From Pseudomonadota bacterium (GTDB lineage: Bacteria; Pseudomonadota; Alphaproteobacteria; RF32; CAG-239), in contig CAKJXZ020000069.1 in the NCBI GenBank assembly GCA_918234285.1, positions 1-28,675 on the forward strand: a stretch of DNA of 28,675 bases, given 5' to 3'. The position numbers and the translations under genes were made by a program. This document shows, one piece after another, positions 8,481-17,341 of this stretch (position 1 is the first letter of the stretch; every line of letters begins with the position of its first letter). The notes beneath the pieces are model-generated. The model saw only the letters and a list, made by a program, of their open reading frames with translations. It was not told the DNA's origin and made no database searches.

Positions 8481-9781
8481 CCAAATAATGTTCTATATAA
8501 ATCATCAAGTTTTATTTGATAATCGCTTTTTATCACATTTTGATTCGGTTTGGATGGATTTACACTAACAAATCCTATATCAAGTTTATTCCCCGATGAA
8601 TTTATAACAGCTTGATTTTGGTTGTATTTTGTGCGAAAAATCACCGAATTTGGACTATAAATAGCACGATCAATCGAATCTGCCAATTCTTCTGGTGTCA
8701 TTCCATCACTTATAATCCTTTTTTCATATAATTTTTTGACAACATTTGCAGGAATATACATACGATTATTCTTCATGGTAGGTTGATTTAGATTCTGCCA
8801 GTTATCATTTAAAGTATCTTTGAACTCATTCGATATATTTCTGTATCTTATATCTCTAAAATTATTGCCATTTGTTAGTTGGTTAATTAAATTTTTACGG
8901 CCATTTTTTGCAACATATCTATCCAATCCGGCACTTGCCAATGCACCGCCGGTTAGAGCACTTCTGCTATATCCGACTAACTGTCCGGCTGTCTGCGCCG
9001 CTTCACGCTCTTGCGGGGTTTTCAGTTGCAAATAATCGTTCATCTGTGTATCGTAACCGAGCTTATTGCCGAGGTAATCTAACCCACCGAAGGTCATACC
9101 GTTAACCGTCCGATTCATCCCGTATAAAGCATCCATACCGTACATTAAAATTTGATTTACCGCATTACGCTGCGCTTGCAAAATTTGCGCTTGTTTTTGT
9201 GCTTCTGCAGAATTATATCCGCCGGCATTTTGAATTTCGGATGAATTACCGGATTGAACCGGGTTGTTAATGCCGCTGGTGTTGCTACTCAAAGCGCTTG
9301 TAACGTTATTCTCCCAACTGCCGGTACTGTTATTCGCCACGCCGGCAGAGTTGTTATTCTGGAAATAACTGCTCGGTTTGCCGATTAAGCTTTCGGTGTT
9401 GACTGTATAGTTTGAATTTGCAAAAACTTGACCGTTATTTGTGTTGTTATTAAATCCGTTATTTGTGCCGCCACTAAAACCGCCATTATTAAGCCGATTT
9501 GTTACGTTTTCGATATTTTGCTTAATGTTTGAAGTGCCGAAGCCGTAGTTATTTTCCGGCGTTCCGCCCCAAAAGTTTGTGCCGAACTGCGGATAGTTTT
9601 CTTCGGCTATCCCTTGCTTGGCAAAACCTTCTGCCAATTGATTTTCTCTTGCCAACCGCGCACTTTGATATTCCAACTCATCACGCGTTGAAAATCCGCT
9701 GTGGTCAACACCATAGCTATCCACCCCGCCGCGACCGGATTGATAGCCCGCCAATGTTTTTATTTCGTCCCAAATATCCAT
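8471..9781 (-). CDS. Putative polymorphic toxin: conserved N-terminus, N/G/S-rich linker, variable C-terminal domain (possibly a BECR-fold RNase)
   Basis: Strong RBS AAGGAGG. Modular composition, with an AT-rich 3' end. No signal peptide. The fold guess rests on the helix-helix-multi-strand pattern KRIISDGMTPEELADSIDRAIYSP...IGFVSV...NVIKSDY only. Confidence 0.65.
   Translation of the reverse strand: MDIWDEIKTLAGYQSGRGGVDSYGVDHSGFSTRDELEYQSARLARENQLAEGFAKQGIAEENYPQFGTNFWGGTPENNYGFGTSNIKQNIENVTNRLNNGGFSGGTNNGFNNNTNNGQVFANSNYTVNTESLIGKPSSYFQNNNSAGVANNSTGSWENNVTSALSSNTSGINNPVQSGNSSEIQNAGGYNSAEAQKQAQILQAQRNAVNQILMYGMDALYGMNRTVNGMTFGGLDYLGNKLGYDTQMNDYLQLKTPQEREAAQTAGQLVGYSRSALTGGALASAGLDRYVAKNGRKNLINQLTNGNNFRDIRYRNISNEFKDTLNDNWQNLNQPTMKNNRMYIPANVVKKLYEKRIISDGMTPEELADSIDRAIYSPNSVIFRTKYNQNQAVINSSGNKLDIGFVSVNPSKPNQNVIKSDYQIKLDDLYRTLFGNK
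9350..9597. repeat. Direct repeat, copy A (partner 7822-8030)
   Basis: Encodes YPQFGTNFWGG...KPSSYFQNNN and carries a 39-nt insertion (GGFSGGTNNGFNN) relative to copy B. Confidence 0.95.
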
Positions 9782-10087
9782 ATTTGCCTCCTTTTATAAA
9801 AGTTTTCTATTTTCATTTTTATTACTCCTTTAATTTTATAATTAAATTCTTATATAATAATTTATTTATTATTCTATCGCGACATCAAAACAAACCGCAT
9901 AAGCCCGAAAGCTATTGCGGTTTATCGAAAGAAAACAAACATGATGTCAACAACAGAGACAGTATATGAATAACACAACTTTATATCTCTGTCAAGTTTA
10001 AAATAAGAAAAATATAAAATAAAATGGTGTATAAAATGAAAAATCTTATTTTAGAAAAATGAGTTTGCAATAAATTTTCGTCCGTTG

Positions 10088-10116
10088 TTGACTTTTTGCC
10101 GATTTGTTTTTACCAT
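10088..10116 (+). promoter_or_regulatory. Sigma70-like promoter of endA-tcdA-rnhB
   Basis: TTGACT-17 nt-TACCAT. Confidence 0.55.
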
Positions 10117-10150
10117 ACGGATAAATGTAATGATTAAAGAAAGTGCAAAG

Positions 10151-11017
10151 ATGAAAAAGTTTTTGTTAATAGCCGCAATCGTGGCAATTTTGCCGCTGAC
10201 GGCCAAAGCCATTTGGTTTTGGAATTATGACGAAGATGCCGAACAGCCTGAGGTAAAGGTTTGGGGTAATCGGCACAGCCAGTCTTTTTATGCCGTCAAA
10301 CGCGAAATGCTGAATAAAATTTATTATGACCATCGCGAAACGCTGTATTGCGGCGCCGATTTTACCAAACAAAAAGAGATTATTCGTCCGCGCGGTTTTG
10401 TGTTGCCGGATTTGCGCTCGGTGGAGTTTGATGTTTACGATATTACGCCGGAAGAACTGCAAAAGAAGGCCGAGCGAATGGAGTGGGAACACATTGTACC
10501 GGCGCAGAACTTCGGTAAGACTTTTCCGGAATGGTTTGCAGGTAAAGAGGCTTGCGTTTCCAAAAAGGGTAAAAAATTCAAAGGGCGCGCCTGTGCCGAG
10601 CAGGAAAGCGAAGAATTCCGCTATATGTATACCGATATGTATAATTTGTATCCGGCTATCGGTGCGGTTAATTATTTGCGCGCCAATTATAATTTTACGC
10701 AATTTACCAAGCCGATTAAGCCGACTTTCGGTTCTTGCGGCGGCATGGTAATTTATAAAAACAAGGTCGAGCCGCGCAATGCGGTCAAAGGCTTGATTGC
10801 CCGCACGTATCTTTATATGCAATATACTTATCCGCGTTATCGTATCAGTGAAAATATGGCCTCGCTTTTGAATGTGTGGAACAAGCAATTTCCGGTTACA
10901 CCGTGGGAATGTGAGCGCGCTTATCGCATTGAAAAAGTACAGGGTAACGCTAACGAGATTGTTAAGCCGCTGTGCCTACAGGCCGGAATGTACGGGGACA
11001 GGCCGAGCCGAAAATGA
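10151..11017 (+). CDS. endA: Secreted endonuclease I (EndA/Dns family)
   Basis: Signal peptide from MKKFLL (ATG 10151). TLYCG, RMEWEHIVPA, DMYNLYPAIGAVN, KGLIARTYLYM and WECER motifs. Confidence 0.9.
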   Translation: MKKFLLIAAIVAILPLTAKAIWFWNYDEDAEQPEVKVWGNRHSQSFYAVKREMLNKIYYDHRETLYCGADFTKQKEIIRPRGFVLPDLRSVEFDVYDITPEELQKKAERMEWEHIVPAQNFGKTFPEWFAGKEACVSKKGKKFKGRACAEQESEEFRYMYTDMYNLYPAIGAVNYLRANYNFTQFTKPIKPTFGSCGGMVIYKNKVEPRNAVKGLIARTYLYMQYTYPRYRISENMASLLNVWNKQFPVTPWECERAYRIEKVQGNANEIVKPLCLQAGMYGDRPSRK

Positions 11018-11718
11018 TTACGCAATTTGCCAGAACAGAGTTATTGCTCGGAGAAGCGGCGGTTGAAAAACTGCGGCATTCGCGTGTGGCCGTCTTCGGT
11101 ATCGGCGGCGTGGGCGGATATGTGGTCGAAGCACTGGCGCGTGCCGGAGTAGGGGCGCTTGATTTGATTGATAACGATACGGTAAGTTTGAGTAATATCA
11201 ACCGCCAGATTATCGCGCTTCATTCCACAATCGGACAAGCTAAAGTTGAGGCGGCAAAAAAGCGGGCGCTTGATATAAATCCTGAGATAAAAATAGTTTG
11301 CCATAATTGTTTCTATTTACCGGAAAATAAGACTGAATTTGACTTTACGCAATATGATTATGTGGCTGATGCCATTGATACGGTAGCCGGAAAAATTGCG
11401 TTGGCGGAACAGGCAAGTGCCGCGGGTACGCCGATTATCAGCGCTATGGGGGCGGGGAATAAACTTGACGCAACGGCTTTCAAAGTGGCGGATATTGGCA
11501 AAACTGCGGTCTGTCCGTTGGCAAAGGTTATGCGCAAAGAATTGCGGCAGCGCGGTATAAATCATTTGAAGGTTGTTTATTCCGAAGAACCGCCGTTGAC
11601 GCCTCTGCCGAGCGACGAAAGCAGCGGCAAACGGCAAACTCCGGGGAGCGTATCGTTTGTGCCGTCGGTAGTCGGTCTGATTATGGCCGGAGAAATTGTT
11701 AAAGATTTAATCAAATAA
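11014..11718 (+). CDS. tcdA: tRNA threonylcarbamoyladenosine dehydratase (ThiF family)
   Basis: QFARTELLLG, GIGGVG, SNINRQ, SAMGAGNKLD, CPLAKVMRKELR. ATG 11014 overlaps the endA stop (ATGA). Confidence 0.9.
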   Translation: MITQFARTELLLGEAAVEKLRHSRVAVFGIGGVGGYVVEALARAGVGALDLIDNDTVSLSNINRQIIALHSTIGQAKVEAAKKRALDINPEIKIVCHNCFYLPENKTEFDFTQYDYVADAIDTVAGKIALAEQASAAGTPIISAMGAGNKLDATAFKVADIGKTAVCPLAKVMRKELRQRGINHLKVVYSEEPPLTPLPSDESSGKRQTPGSVSFVPSVVGLIMAGEIVKDLIK

Positions 11719-11734
11719 AAACGGGAGTTTTTGA

Positions 11735-12364
11735 ATGCCTACCTGGAAAATAGAGAATAAAATCGGCGGTGCGGTGTGCGGAGTTGACGAAGCCGGACGC
11801 GGGCCGTGGGTGGGGCCGGTTGCTGCCGGCGCCGTAATGTTTTTGAGCCGCGACATCAATCCGGAAATTTTAGCGCAGATTGATGATTCCAAAAAACTTA
11901 CGGCCAAAAAGCGCGAAAAAATTTATGATTTGTTGCTTAAAGAAGCGCGGGCAGGGCATTTGACCTACGGTATAGGTATCGCTACGGCCGCGGAAATAGA
12001 TGAACTCAATATTTTGCAGGCGACTTTTCTGGCGATGAAACGTGCGGTTGTAAAACTGAATCCCGTACCGCAACACGCCATTATCGACGGCAACCGTCTG
12101 CCGGCCGAATTTATGTGTCCGACCTCGTGTTACATCGGCGGTGATGCTCAATCTTATTCAATCGCGGCAGCCAGTATTTTGGCCAAAGTTTATCGTGATA
12201 ATCTGATGAAAGAACTGGCCCAAAAATATCCGGGTTACGGCTTTGAAAAAAATGCCGGTTACGGTACCAAAGACCACGTCGCCGGCTTGCAAAAATATGG
12301 GGTAACGCCGGAACATCGCAAAAGCTATAAGCCGATTAAAGAATTTTTGGAACAAGCGATTTAA
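11735..12364 (+). CDS. rnhB: Ribonuclease HII
   Basis: GVDEAGRGP, DDSKKL, IDGN, SIAAASILAKVYRD, KNAGYGT, HRKSY. Confidence 0.96.
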   Translation: MPTWKIENKIGGAVCGVDEAGRGPWVGPVAAGAVMFLSRDINPEILAQIDDSKKLTAKKREKIYDLLLKEARAGHLTYGIGIATAAEIDELNILQATFLAMKRAVVKLNPVPQHAIIDGNRLPAEFMCPTSCYIGGDAQSYSIAAASILAKVYRDNLMKELAQKYPGYGFEKNAGYGTKDHVAGLQKYGVTPEHRKSYKPIKEFLEQAI

Positions 12365-13548
12365 TCATTCAAATCAAACGGCTCGATTACCCGCGCCAAA
12401 ACTCCTTTGAGCGCCGAAATGCAAACTCCGTAATTGGTAATGGCAACGCCGGCCTGTTCACATTTATAAATCCGCGAGAGAATCTCACGTCGATTGATGG
12501 TGCAACCGCCGCATTGAATTACCAGTTTATATTCATGCAGATTATGCGGAAAATCACAGCCGCTGACGTGGTCGATAACTAAATCTTTGCCGGTTTTCTT
12601 TTTGAGCCAGTTCGGGATTTTAACCCGACCGATGTCGTCTTCCATGGCGTGATGCGTGCAGGATTCGGCAATCAGTACTTTGTCACCGTCTTGCAGTTCG
12701 TCTATCATTTTTGCGCCTTTAATCATTTTAGGTAAATCGCCTTTGAAACGCGCCATCAAAATCGAAAAAGTTGTACATTTCACGGCAGGCGGAGTCAGCT
12801 TTACCATGGTATCGACAATCTGTGAATCACAGACCACCAGTGCCGGTGGCGTTTTCAGATTTTGCAAAATCGCGGTATAATCTTCTTCCTTGACGGCGAT
12901 GATACTCTGATTATGGTCAAGACAATCGCGGATTGCCTGTACTTGAGGCATAATCAAGCGCCCTTTCGGGGCCTCGTAATCAAGCGGAATCAGCATAACT
13001 ACGGTGGAATGTTCCGGTGCTAAATCACCGACCAGCGGCTGAGCATTCAAATAATCTTCAGGGCAAATTTTTATCAGCTCAGCCTTGAGCTCGTTCAAAA
13101 CCCGGTCGCGCGAAGACAAATCGGCGGAATTTACTTTAATGCCGTCAACGGCCGTAACCGGAAAACGATCGGCCTGATTGTAAATTTTTATCAGCGGAGT
13201 TTTATGCGCGGCAGTCAGCTCGATAATCTGTTGCTCCGGCGCTTCGATTTTATCGCCTTGGCAAATCAGCAAAATAATGTCGGCACGATCAAAAGCGGCA
13301 ACGGTTTTTTCCATACGCTTGTCGCCGAGTGCGCTGTCGTCGGCAAAACCGGCGGTATCAAGCCACAGAATCGGCCCGAGCGGCGGCAGTTCCTGTGCTT
13401 TTTCCACCACATCGGTAGTGGTACCGGCAATATCCGAAACAATGGCGGCTTGTTGTCCGCTGACTAGATTTAAAAAACTCGATTTTCCGGCATTTACCCG
13501 GCCGGCAATCGCTATTTGCAAACGTAATGATTTCGGTGCGCTTTGCAT
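12361..13548 (-). CDS. hydF: [FeFe]-hydrogenase H-cluster maturation GTPase
   Basis: GRVNAGKSS, GTTTDVV, DTAG, APKGRLIMPQVQ, ESCTHH, CGGC and ITNYG. Confidence 0.93.
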   Translation of the reverse strand: MQSAPKSLRLQIAIAGRVNAGKSSFLNLVSGQQAAIVSDIAGTTTDVVEKAQELPPLGPILWLDTAGFADDSALGDKRMEKTVAAFDRADIILLICQGDKIEAPEQQIIELTAAHKTPLIKIYNQADRFPVTAVDGIKVNSADLSSRDRVLNELKAELIKICPEDYLNAQPLVGDLAPEHSTVVMLIPLDYEAPKGRLIMPQVQAIRDCLDHNQSIIAVKEEDYTAILQNLKTPPALVVCDSQIVDTMVKLTPPAVKCTTFSILMARFKGDLPKMIKGAKMIDELQDGDKVLIAESCTHHAMEDDIGRVKIPNWLKKKTGKDLVIDHVSGCDFPHNLHEYKLVIQCGGCTINRREILSRIYKCEQAGVAITNYGVCISALKGVLARVIEPFDLND

Positions 13549-14288
13549 TATTTCTCTCCTGAAAACTCGGTTTGATTGTTGGCGATAATTTGCGCCAATT
13601 CGCTATACGGAATCTCCGTCAGTTCGGCAATTTTTTGTGCCAGTATCGACAGGTTTTGTGGCAACGTTTCAACACCGCGCTCAATATTTTGATACGGTCC
13701 GTCGGTTTCGAGCAGAATGCGGTGCAAATCGAGTGCTTTCAATATTTTTGCGGCATCTTTCTTGCGCAAAATCGAAAAATTAAGCCCGATATAAAAGCCG
13801 TGTTTCTGAATATTCTTTCCCCATTCGGCCGAGCCGGTAAACGAATGAAAGACCGTGCGTTGCGGCAAAACAGGGAACAATTCGCTCATTTCGGAATCGG
13901 CCTTAACCGCGTGAATAATCAGCGGGCGTTGATATTGTTGCGCCAATTCGATATGACGCTTAAAAATATCGATTTGTGCTGCGGTATCCGGATTTTTTAG
14001 TCGATCAATTCCGCATTCGCCGACATAGGCCGCAGGATTTTGCTCAAGATAAAACTTGAGTTTTTGTTCCCAATCCGGCGATATATCGGCAGTATACCAC
14101 GGATGCACCCCAAATGCCGGCGTAACTTCCGGATATTGCGCGGCCAGTGCGGCAACAGCCTCCCAATCGGAGGGATGTGCCGACGGATTGATAAAATGCA
14201 CAACGCTGTTTTTTATGGCATTTGTTACCACATTTTTAATATTATGCGTTTTATAGTCCTGTAAATGGATGTGCGAATCTGTGTACAT
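13548..14288 (-). CDS. tatD: TatD family hydrolase
   Basis: DSHIH, GVHPW, VGECGID, IIH, FHSF and LLETDGP. Start set at MYTDSH behind GAAAGG. Confidence 0.9.
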   Translation of the reverse strand: MYTDSHIHLQDYKTHNIKNVVTNAIKNSVVHFINPSAHPSDWEAVAALAAQYPEVTPAFGVHPWYTADISPDWEQKLKFYLEQNPAAYVGECGIDRLKNPDTAAQIDIFKRHIELAQQYQRPLIIHAVKADSEMSELFPVLPQRTVFHSFTGSAEWGKNIQKHGFYIGLNFSILRKKDAAKILKALDLHRILLETDGPYQNIERGVETLPQNLSILAQKIAELTEIPYSELAQIIANNQTEFSGEK

Positions 14289-14321
14289 ATTTAACCTTTC
14301 ATAATGGAGATAATAACAGCT

Positions 14322-15437
14322 ATGAAGTTTTTTACAAGAGGCGAATCGCAAATTTTTACACAACCGCGGTTGAAAATTGATTTAAACAATTTGATTGATA
14401 ATTATAAGACCTTAAGCGAAATTATCGCTCCGGCCACTCCGTCGGCGGTAGTTAAGGACGATTCTTACGGTTTGGGTGCGTTTGAGGTAGCCAAAGCGTT
14501 GTATGAACGTGCGGATTGCCGCAACTTTTGGGTGGCTCACGCCTTGGAAGGTGCCCGTATTGCCGAAGCGGTACCGGAGGCCAATATTTATGTATTGCAA
14601 GGAATCGGCGCGGACAGTTATGATTTATTTGAAGAATATCATCTGATTCCGGTCATCGGCTCGCCGGCAATGTTCGCTTTTTGGAAACAAAAGCCGATTG
14701 ACGGTATAAAGCCGGTAATTCAGGTGGAAACTGGCTTAAACCGCTTAGGGTTTCGGCCGGAAGAACTGAAAAAGCTGAGTAAAAAAGATTTGCAAACTTT
14801 CGGTATGGTGTTGAGCCATCTGGCTTGTGCCGATGAGAAAGATCACTTTATGAACGCACATCAATTAGAGAATTTTAAGGCGATTCGTTCTAAGTATTTT
14901 CCGGATTTACCGGCAACATTGTCGGCTTCCGACGGTGCATTTCTGGGTGAGGATTTTTGTTGCGATATGGTACGTCTGGGGGCGGCAATGTACGGTATCA
15001 ACACGGCGCCGTATCGCTTGAACCAGATGAAAAATGTGATTACGGTGGAAGCACCGGTGTTGCAGATTGCCGATTTGGCTAAAGGCGAATTTGTGGGATA
15101 TTCGGCGACATATCGCGCCGCCCAAAAACGCAAAATTGCAATTGTTTCAATCGGTTACGGCGACGGTATGCCGCGCTCGCTTTCCAATGTGGGTAAGGTG
15201 TTTTTCAAAAAGAAAGATAAAATGTGCGAGGCACGGATTATCGGCCGCGTATCGATGGACAACATTATTTGCGATGTTACCGACGTGCCGGATTTGCAAA
15301 CCGGAGATTTCGGCGCGCTGATATTCAGTGAATACACGCTCGATGATATTGCGCGCGATGCCGGAACCATCAGCTACGAAATTGTTTCGCGCTTAGGTAA
15401 AAACACGCGTTTTGACCGAGAATATTTGCTGAAATAA
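14322..15437 (+). CDS. alr: Alanine racemase
   Basis: AVVKDDSYGLG (PLP lysine), ETGLNRLG, SHLACAD, VGYSATY, GYGDG, GRVSMD, TISYE. Start is 14322 or 14304. Confidence 0.93.
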   Translation: MKFFTRGESQIFTQPRLKIDLNNLIDNYKTLSEIIAPATPSAVVKDDSYGLGAFEVAKALYERADCRNFWVAHALEGARIAEAVPEANIYVLQGIGADSYDLFEEYHLIPVIGSPAMFAFWKQKPIDGIKPVIQVETGLNRLGFRPEELKKLSKKDLQTFGMVLSHLACADEKDHFMNAHQLENFKAIRSKYFPDLPATLSASDGAFLGEDFCCDMVRLGAAMYGINTAPYRLNQMKNVITVEAPVLQIADLAKGEFVGYSATYRAAQKRKIAIVSIGYGDGMPRSLSNVGKVFFKKKDKMCEARIIGRVSMDNIICDVTDVPDLQTGDFGALIFSEYTLDDIARDAGTISYEIVSRLGKNTRFDREYLLK

Positions 15438-15466
15438 GGCGCAAGAAATGTTGCTAAAAAAATGAA

Positions 15467-15577
15467 CGTCATTCTGACACTTGAACGTAGTGAAGTGGAA
15501 GAATCCAGCAACACCATTGGTGTTGTTCGTTCCATCGGAACGAATGGATACTTCGGGCTAAAGCCCTCAGTATGACG
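15467..15577. repeat. REP-like palindromic miniature element
   Basis: Ends CGTCATTCTGA/TCAGTATGACG pair. Internal GAAGAATCC/GGATACTTC stem and nested hairpins (CAACACCA/TGGTGTTG, TTCGTTCC/GGAACGAA, GGGCT/AGCCC). Single copy in this window. Confidence 0.65.
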
Positions 15578-15759
15578 ATAAAAACAATGTGTTGGCTAAC
15601 ACATAAAAACAACACTTTTCTTTACTTACGCCCAAAATAAAACTTTTTGACAACTTTTTTAATATTATAAGTATTTGAAAATATGTTGTTTTCAAAAATA
15701 ATTCATTTTTTTAGAAAAAATATATTGACAAATAGAAAAAATAATGTTAGATATAAGTC

Positions 15760-16170
15760 ATTACATCAATTATTCTAACATCATCCATATGCATATAATT
15801 AAGCCCTAGCGAGGGTATCCCATCCCAAAGGCCTGCTGCAGTGATGCATCTCATAGCCTTCTTTACATCTCGATCAATATAACAAAACAAAAAATGTTGA
15901 ACGCGAATGAATAAATCACCTCCCTAGAAATTTTTAACAGGTTTTTTATGGTATAGCTTTTGGTGCCTGTTCCCCGTCGTTTATCGGAAGTAGAGCAATA
16001 CCGCTTTTCGTAATTTCCGTTTTTTTTCGGATTGAAGCGATCTAGATTAGCAACCGCGGTGTGAAAACCAAGACATCTTAACCATGCGGGTTGGTTGCCC
16101 CCTCTAAAGATGGTTAAAACCCGGCTTACGTTCTCGCATGCAGAACAATAGTAAGCCGGTTTTGTTTTTT
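15760..16170 (+). ncRNA. Candidate ~400-nt non-coding transcript
   Basis: TTGACA at 15725 with an imperfect -10, no sizeable ORF, many hairpins, and a terminal stem plus T tract. Confidence 0.35.
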
Positions 16171-16171
16171 T
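16116..16171. terminator. Bidirectional terminator
   Basis: CCGGCTTAC/GTAAGCCGG stem with inner GTTCT/AGAAC, flanked by AAAA and a T-rich run. Confidence 0.7.
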
Positions 16172-16174
16172 AAA

Positions 16175-16510
16175 CTACTCAACAAATGAAATATATTTAG
16201 CATAGCGTTTGCCGTAATTTTCGCGATATTGCAAAACGCCTTCTTTCATCACCTTATGCTCATATCTTTCCAAACATTTGGCGGTCGGAACAGCCGTCAA
16301 CACGCCGTTTTCGTAATGCGTGTCAATACCGATAAGCGCGGTTTGCAACGGCTCTTGCAACAAACGTTCATAATCACTCGCGCTGATTTTGAACTTTGCC
16401 CCGTCAAGTTTGCCTTCGGCGCTGATATAAGCGGCTACGCTCATCAGGCGGATATATTCAAAAATCAACAGCGGCGAAAATATTTCCAGTTCGGTTTTAG
16501 GCGATTCCAT
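16175..16510 (-). CDS. Hypothetical protein
   Basis: 111-aa ORF with AAGGA upstream and a terminator directly downstream. Confidence 0.7.
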   Translation of the reverse strand: MESPKTELEIFSPLLIFEYIRLMSVAAYISAEGKLDGAKFKISASDYERLLQEPLQTALIGIDTHYENGVLTAVPTAKCLERYEHKVMKEGVLQYRENYGKRYAKYISFVE

Positions 16511-16598
16511 TTTTTATATTCCTTATTATATATTTGGTTTGACTTTAATCGATAACTTGCGTATTGTCAATGTATCAGATAATTTTAAGGAGAGTAAG

Positions 16599-17315
16599 AT
16601 GGAAAAATCAAATAAAGTTTTGGCAGCATTGTTGATTGCCGGCGGTTTAGCTGTAGGCGGTTTCTTTCCGGGGTATTATTACTATAAAACTCATGCCGAT
16701 TTTCGTTCGGTAACGGTAAAAGGCTTGGCCGAAAAAGATGTGGTGGCCGATATGGGGTTGTGGAATATCCAGTTTACGGTCAACGGCAATGATTTGAATG
16801 CGGTACAAAAACAAATCGGCGCCCAAGCACGTGAGATTGTGCAATTTTTGCAAAAACAGGGCTTTTCCGAGGCGGAAATACATGTCGGACGGATTGAAAC
16901 CAACGATTTGTTTGCCAATCCGTATCGCGATAATGCCGCGGCCGAAACTTCGCGCTTTATTTTGACGCAGACTATATCGGTGCGTTCGCCGCAGGTATAT
17001 CAGATTGCCAATGCCATGTCGCTCAGCAACGAACTGATTGCCAAAGGCATTGTTTTCAGTAATCAATCGGCCAATTATTTCTTTACCAAACTCAACGATA
17101 TTAAGCCGGAAATGCTGAAATCGGCCACCGAGAACGCCAAAGAAGCGGCACTAGAATTTGCCCGCAACAGCGGCAGTAAGGTCGGTAAAATCAATAAGGC
17201 CAATCAGGGAGTATTTTCCATTCAATCGCGTGACGATGCCAACGCTTATGAGGCTCTGCAAATCGAAAAACGCGTACGGGTGGTGTCTACCGTAGAATAT
17301 TTGCTCGAAGATTAA
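16599..17315 (+). CDS. SIMPL (DUF541) domain protein
   Basis: N-terminal TM segment, RSVTVKGLAEKDVVAD, KLNDIKPEM, ANQGVFSI, KRVRVVSTVEY. AAGGAG RBS; promoter TTGACT-17-TATTGT at 16539-16567. Confidence 0.9.
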   Translation: MEKSNKVLAALLIAGGLAVGGFFPGYYYYKTHADFRSVTVKGLAEKDVVADMGLWNIQFTVNGNDLNAVQKQIGAQAREIVQFLQKQGFSEAEIHVGRIETNDLFANPYRDNAAAETSRFILTQTISVRSPQVYQIANAMSLSNELIAKGIVFSNQSANYFFTKLNDIKPEMLKSATENAKEAALEFARNSGSKVGKINKANQGVFSIQSRDDANAYEALQIEKRVRVVSTVEYLLED

Positions 17316-17341
17316 AACCGCCGTAAAACAGAGGAGGTGAA

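Noticed and set aside
8313-8519. 68-aa + strand ORF as a protein immunity gene
   Set aside because: Its start lies upstream of the 8355 promoter and within the antisense stub, and it runs through the promoter and structured region into the toxin gene. Not fully excluded: GGAGAGG occurs ~13 nt upstream.
15760-16170. tmRNA, RNase P RNA or tRNA
   Set aside because: No GAGGAAAGTCC, no tag-peptide frame and no TTCGA T-arm on either strand that I could find.
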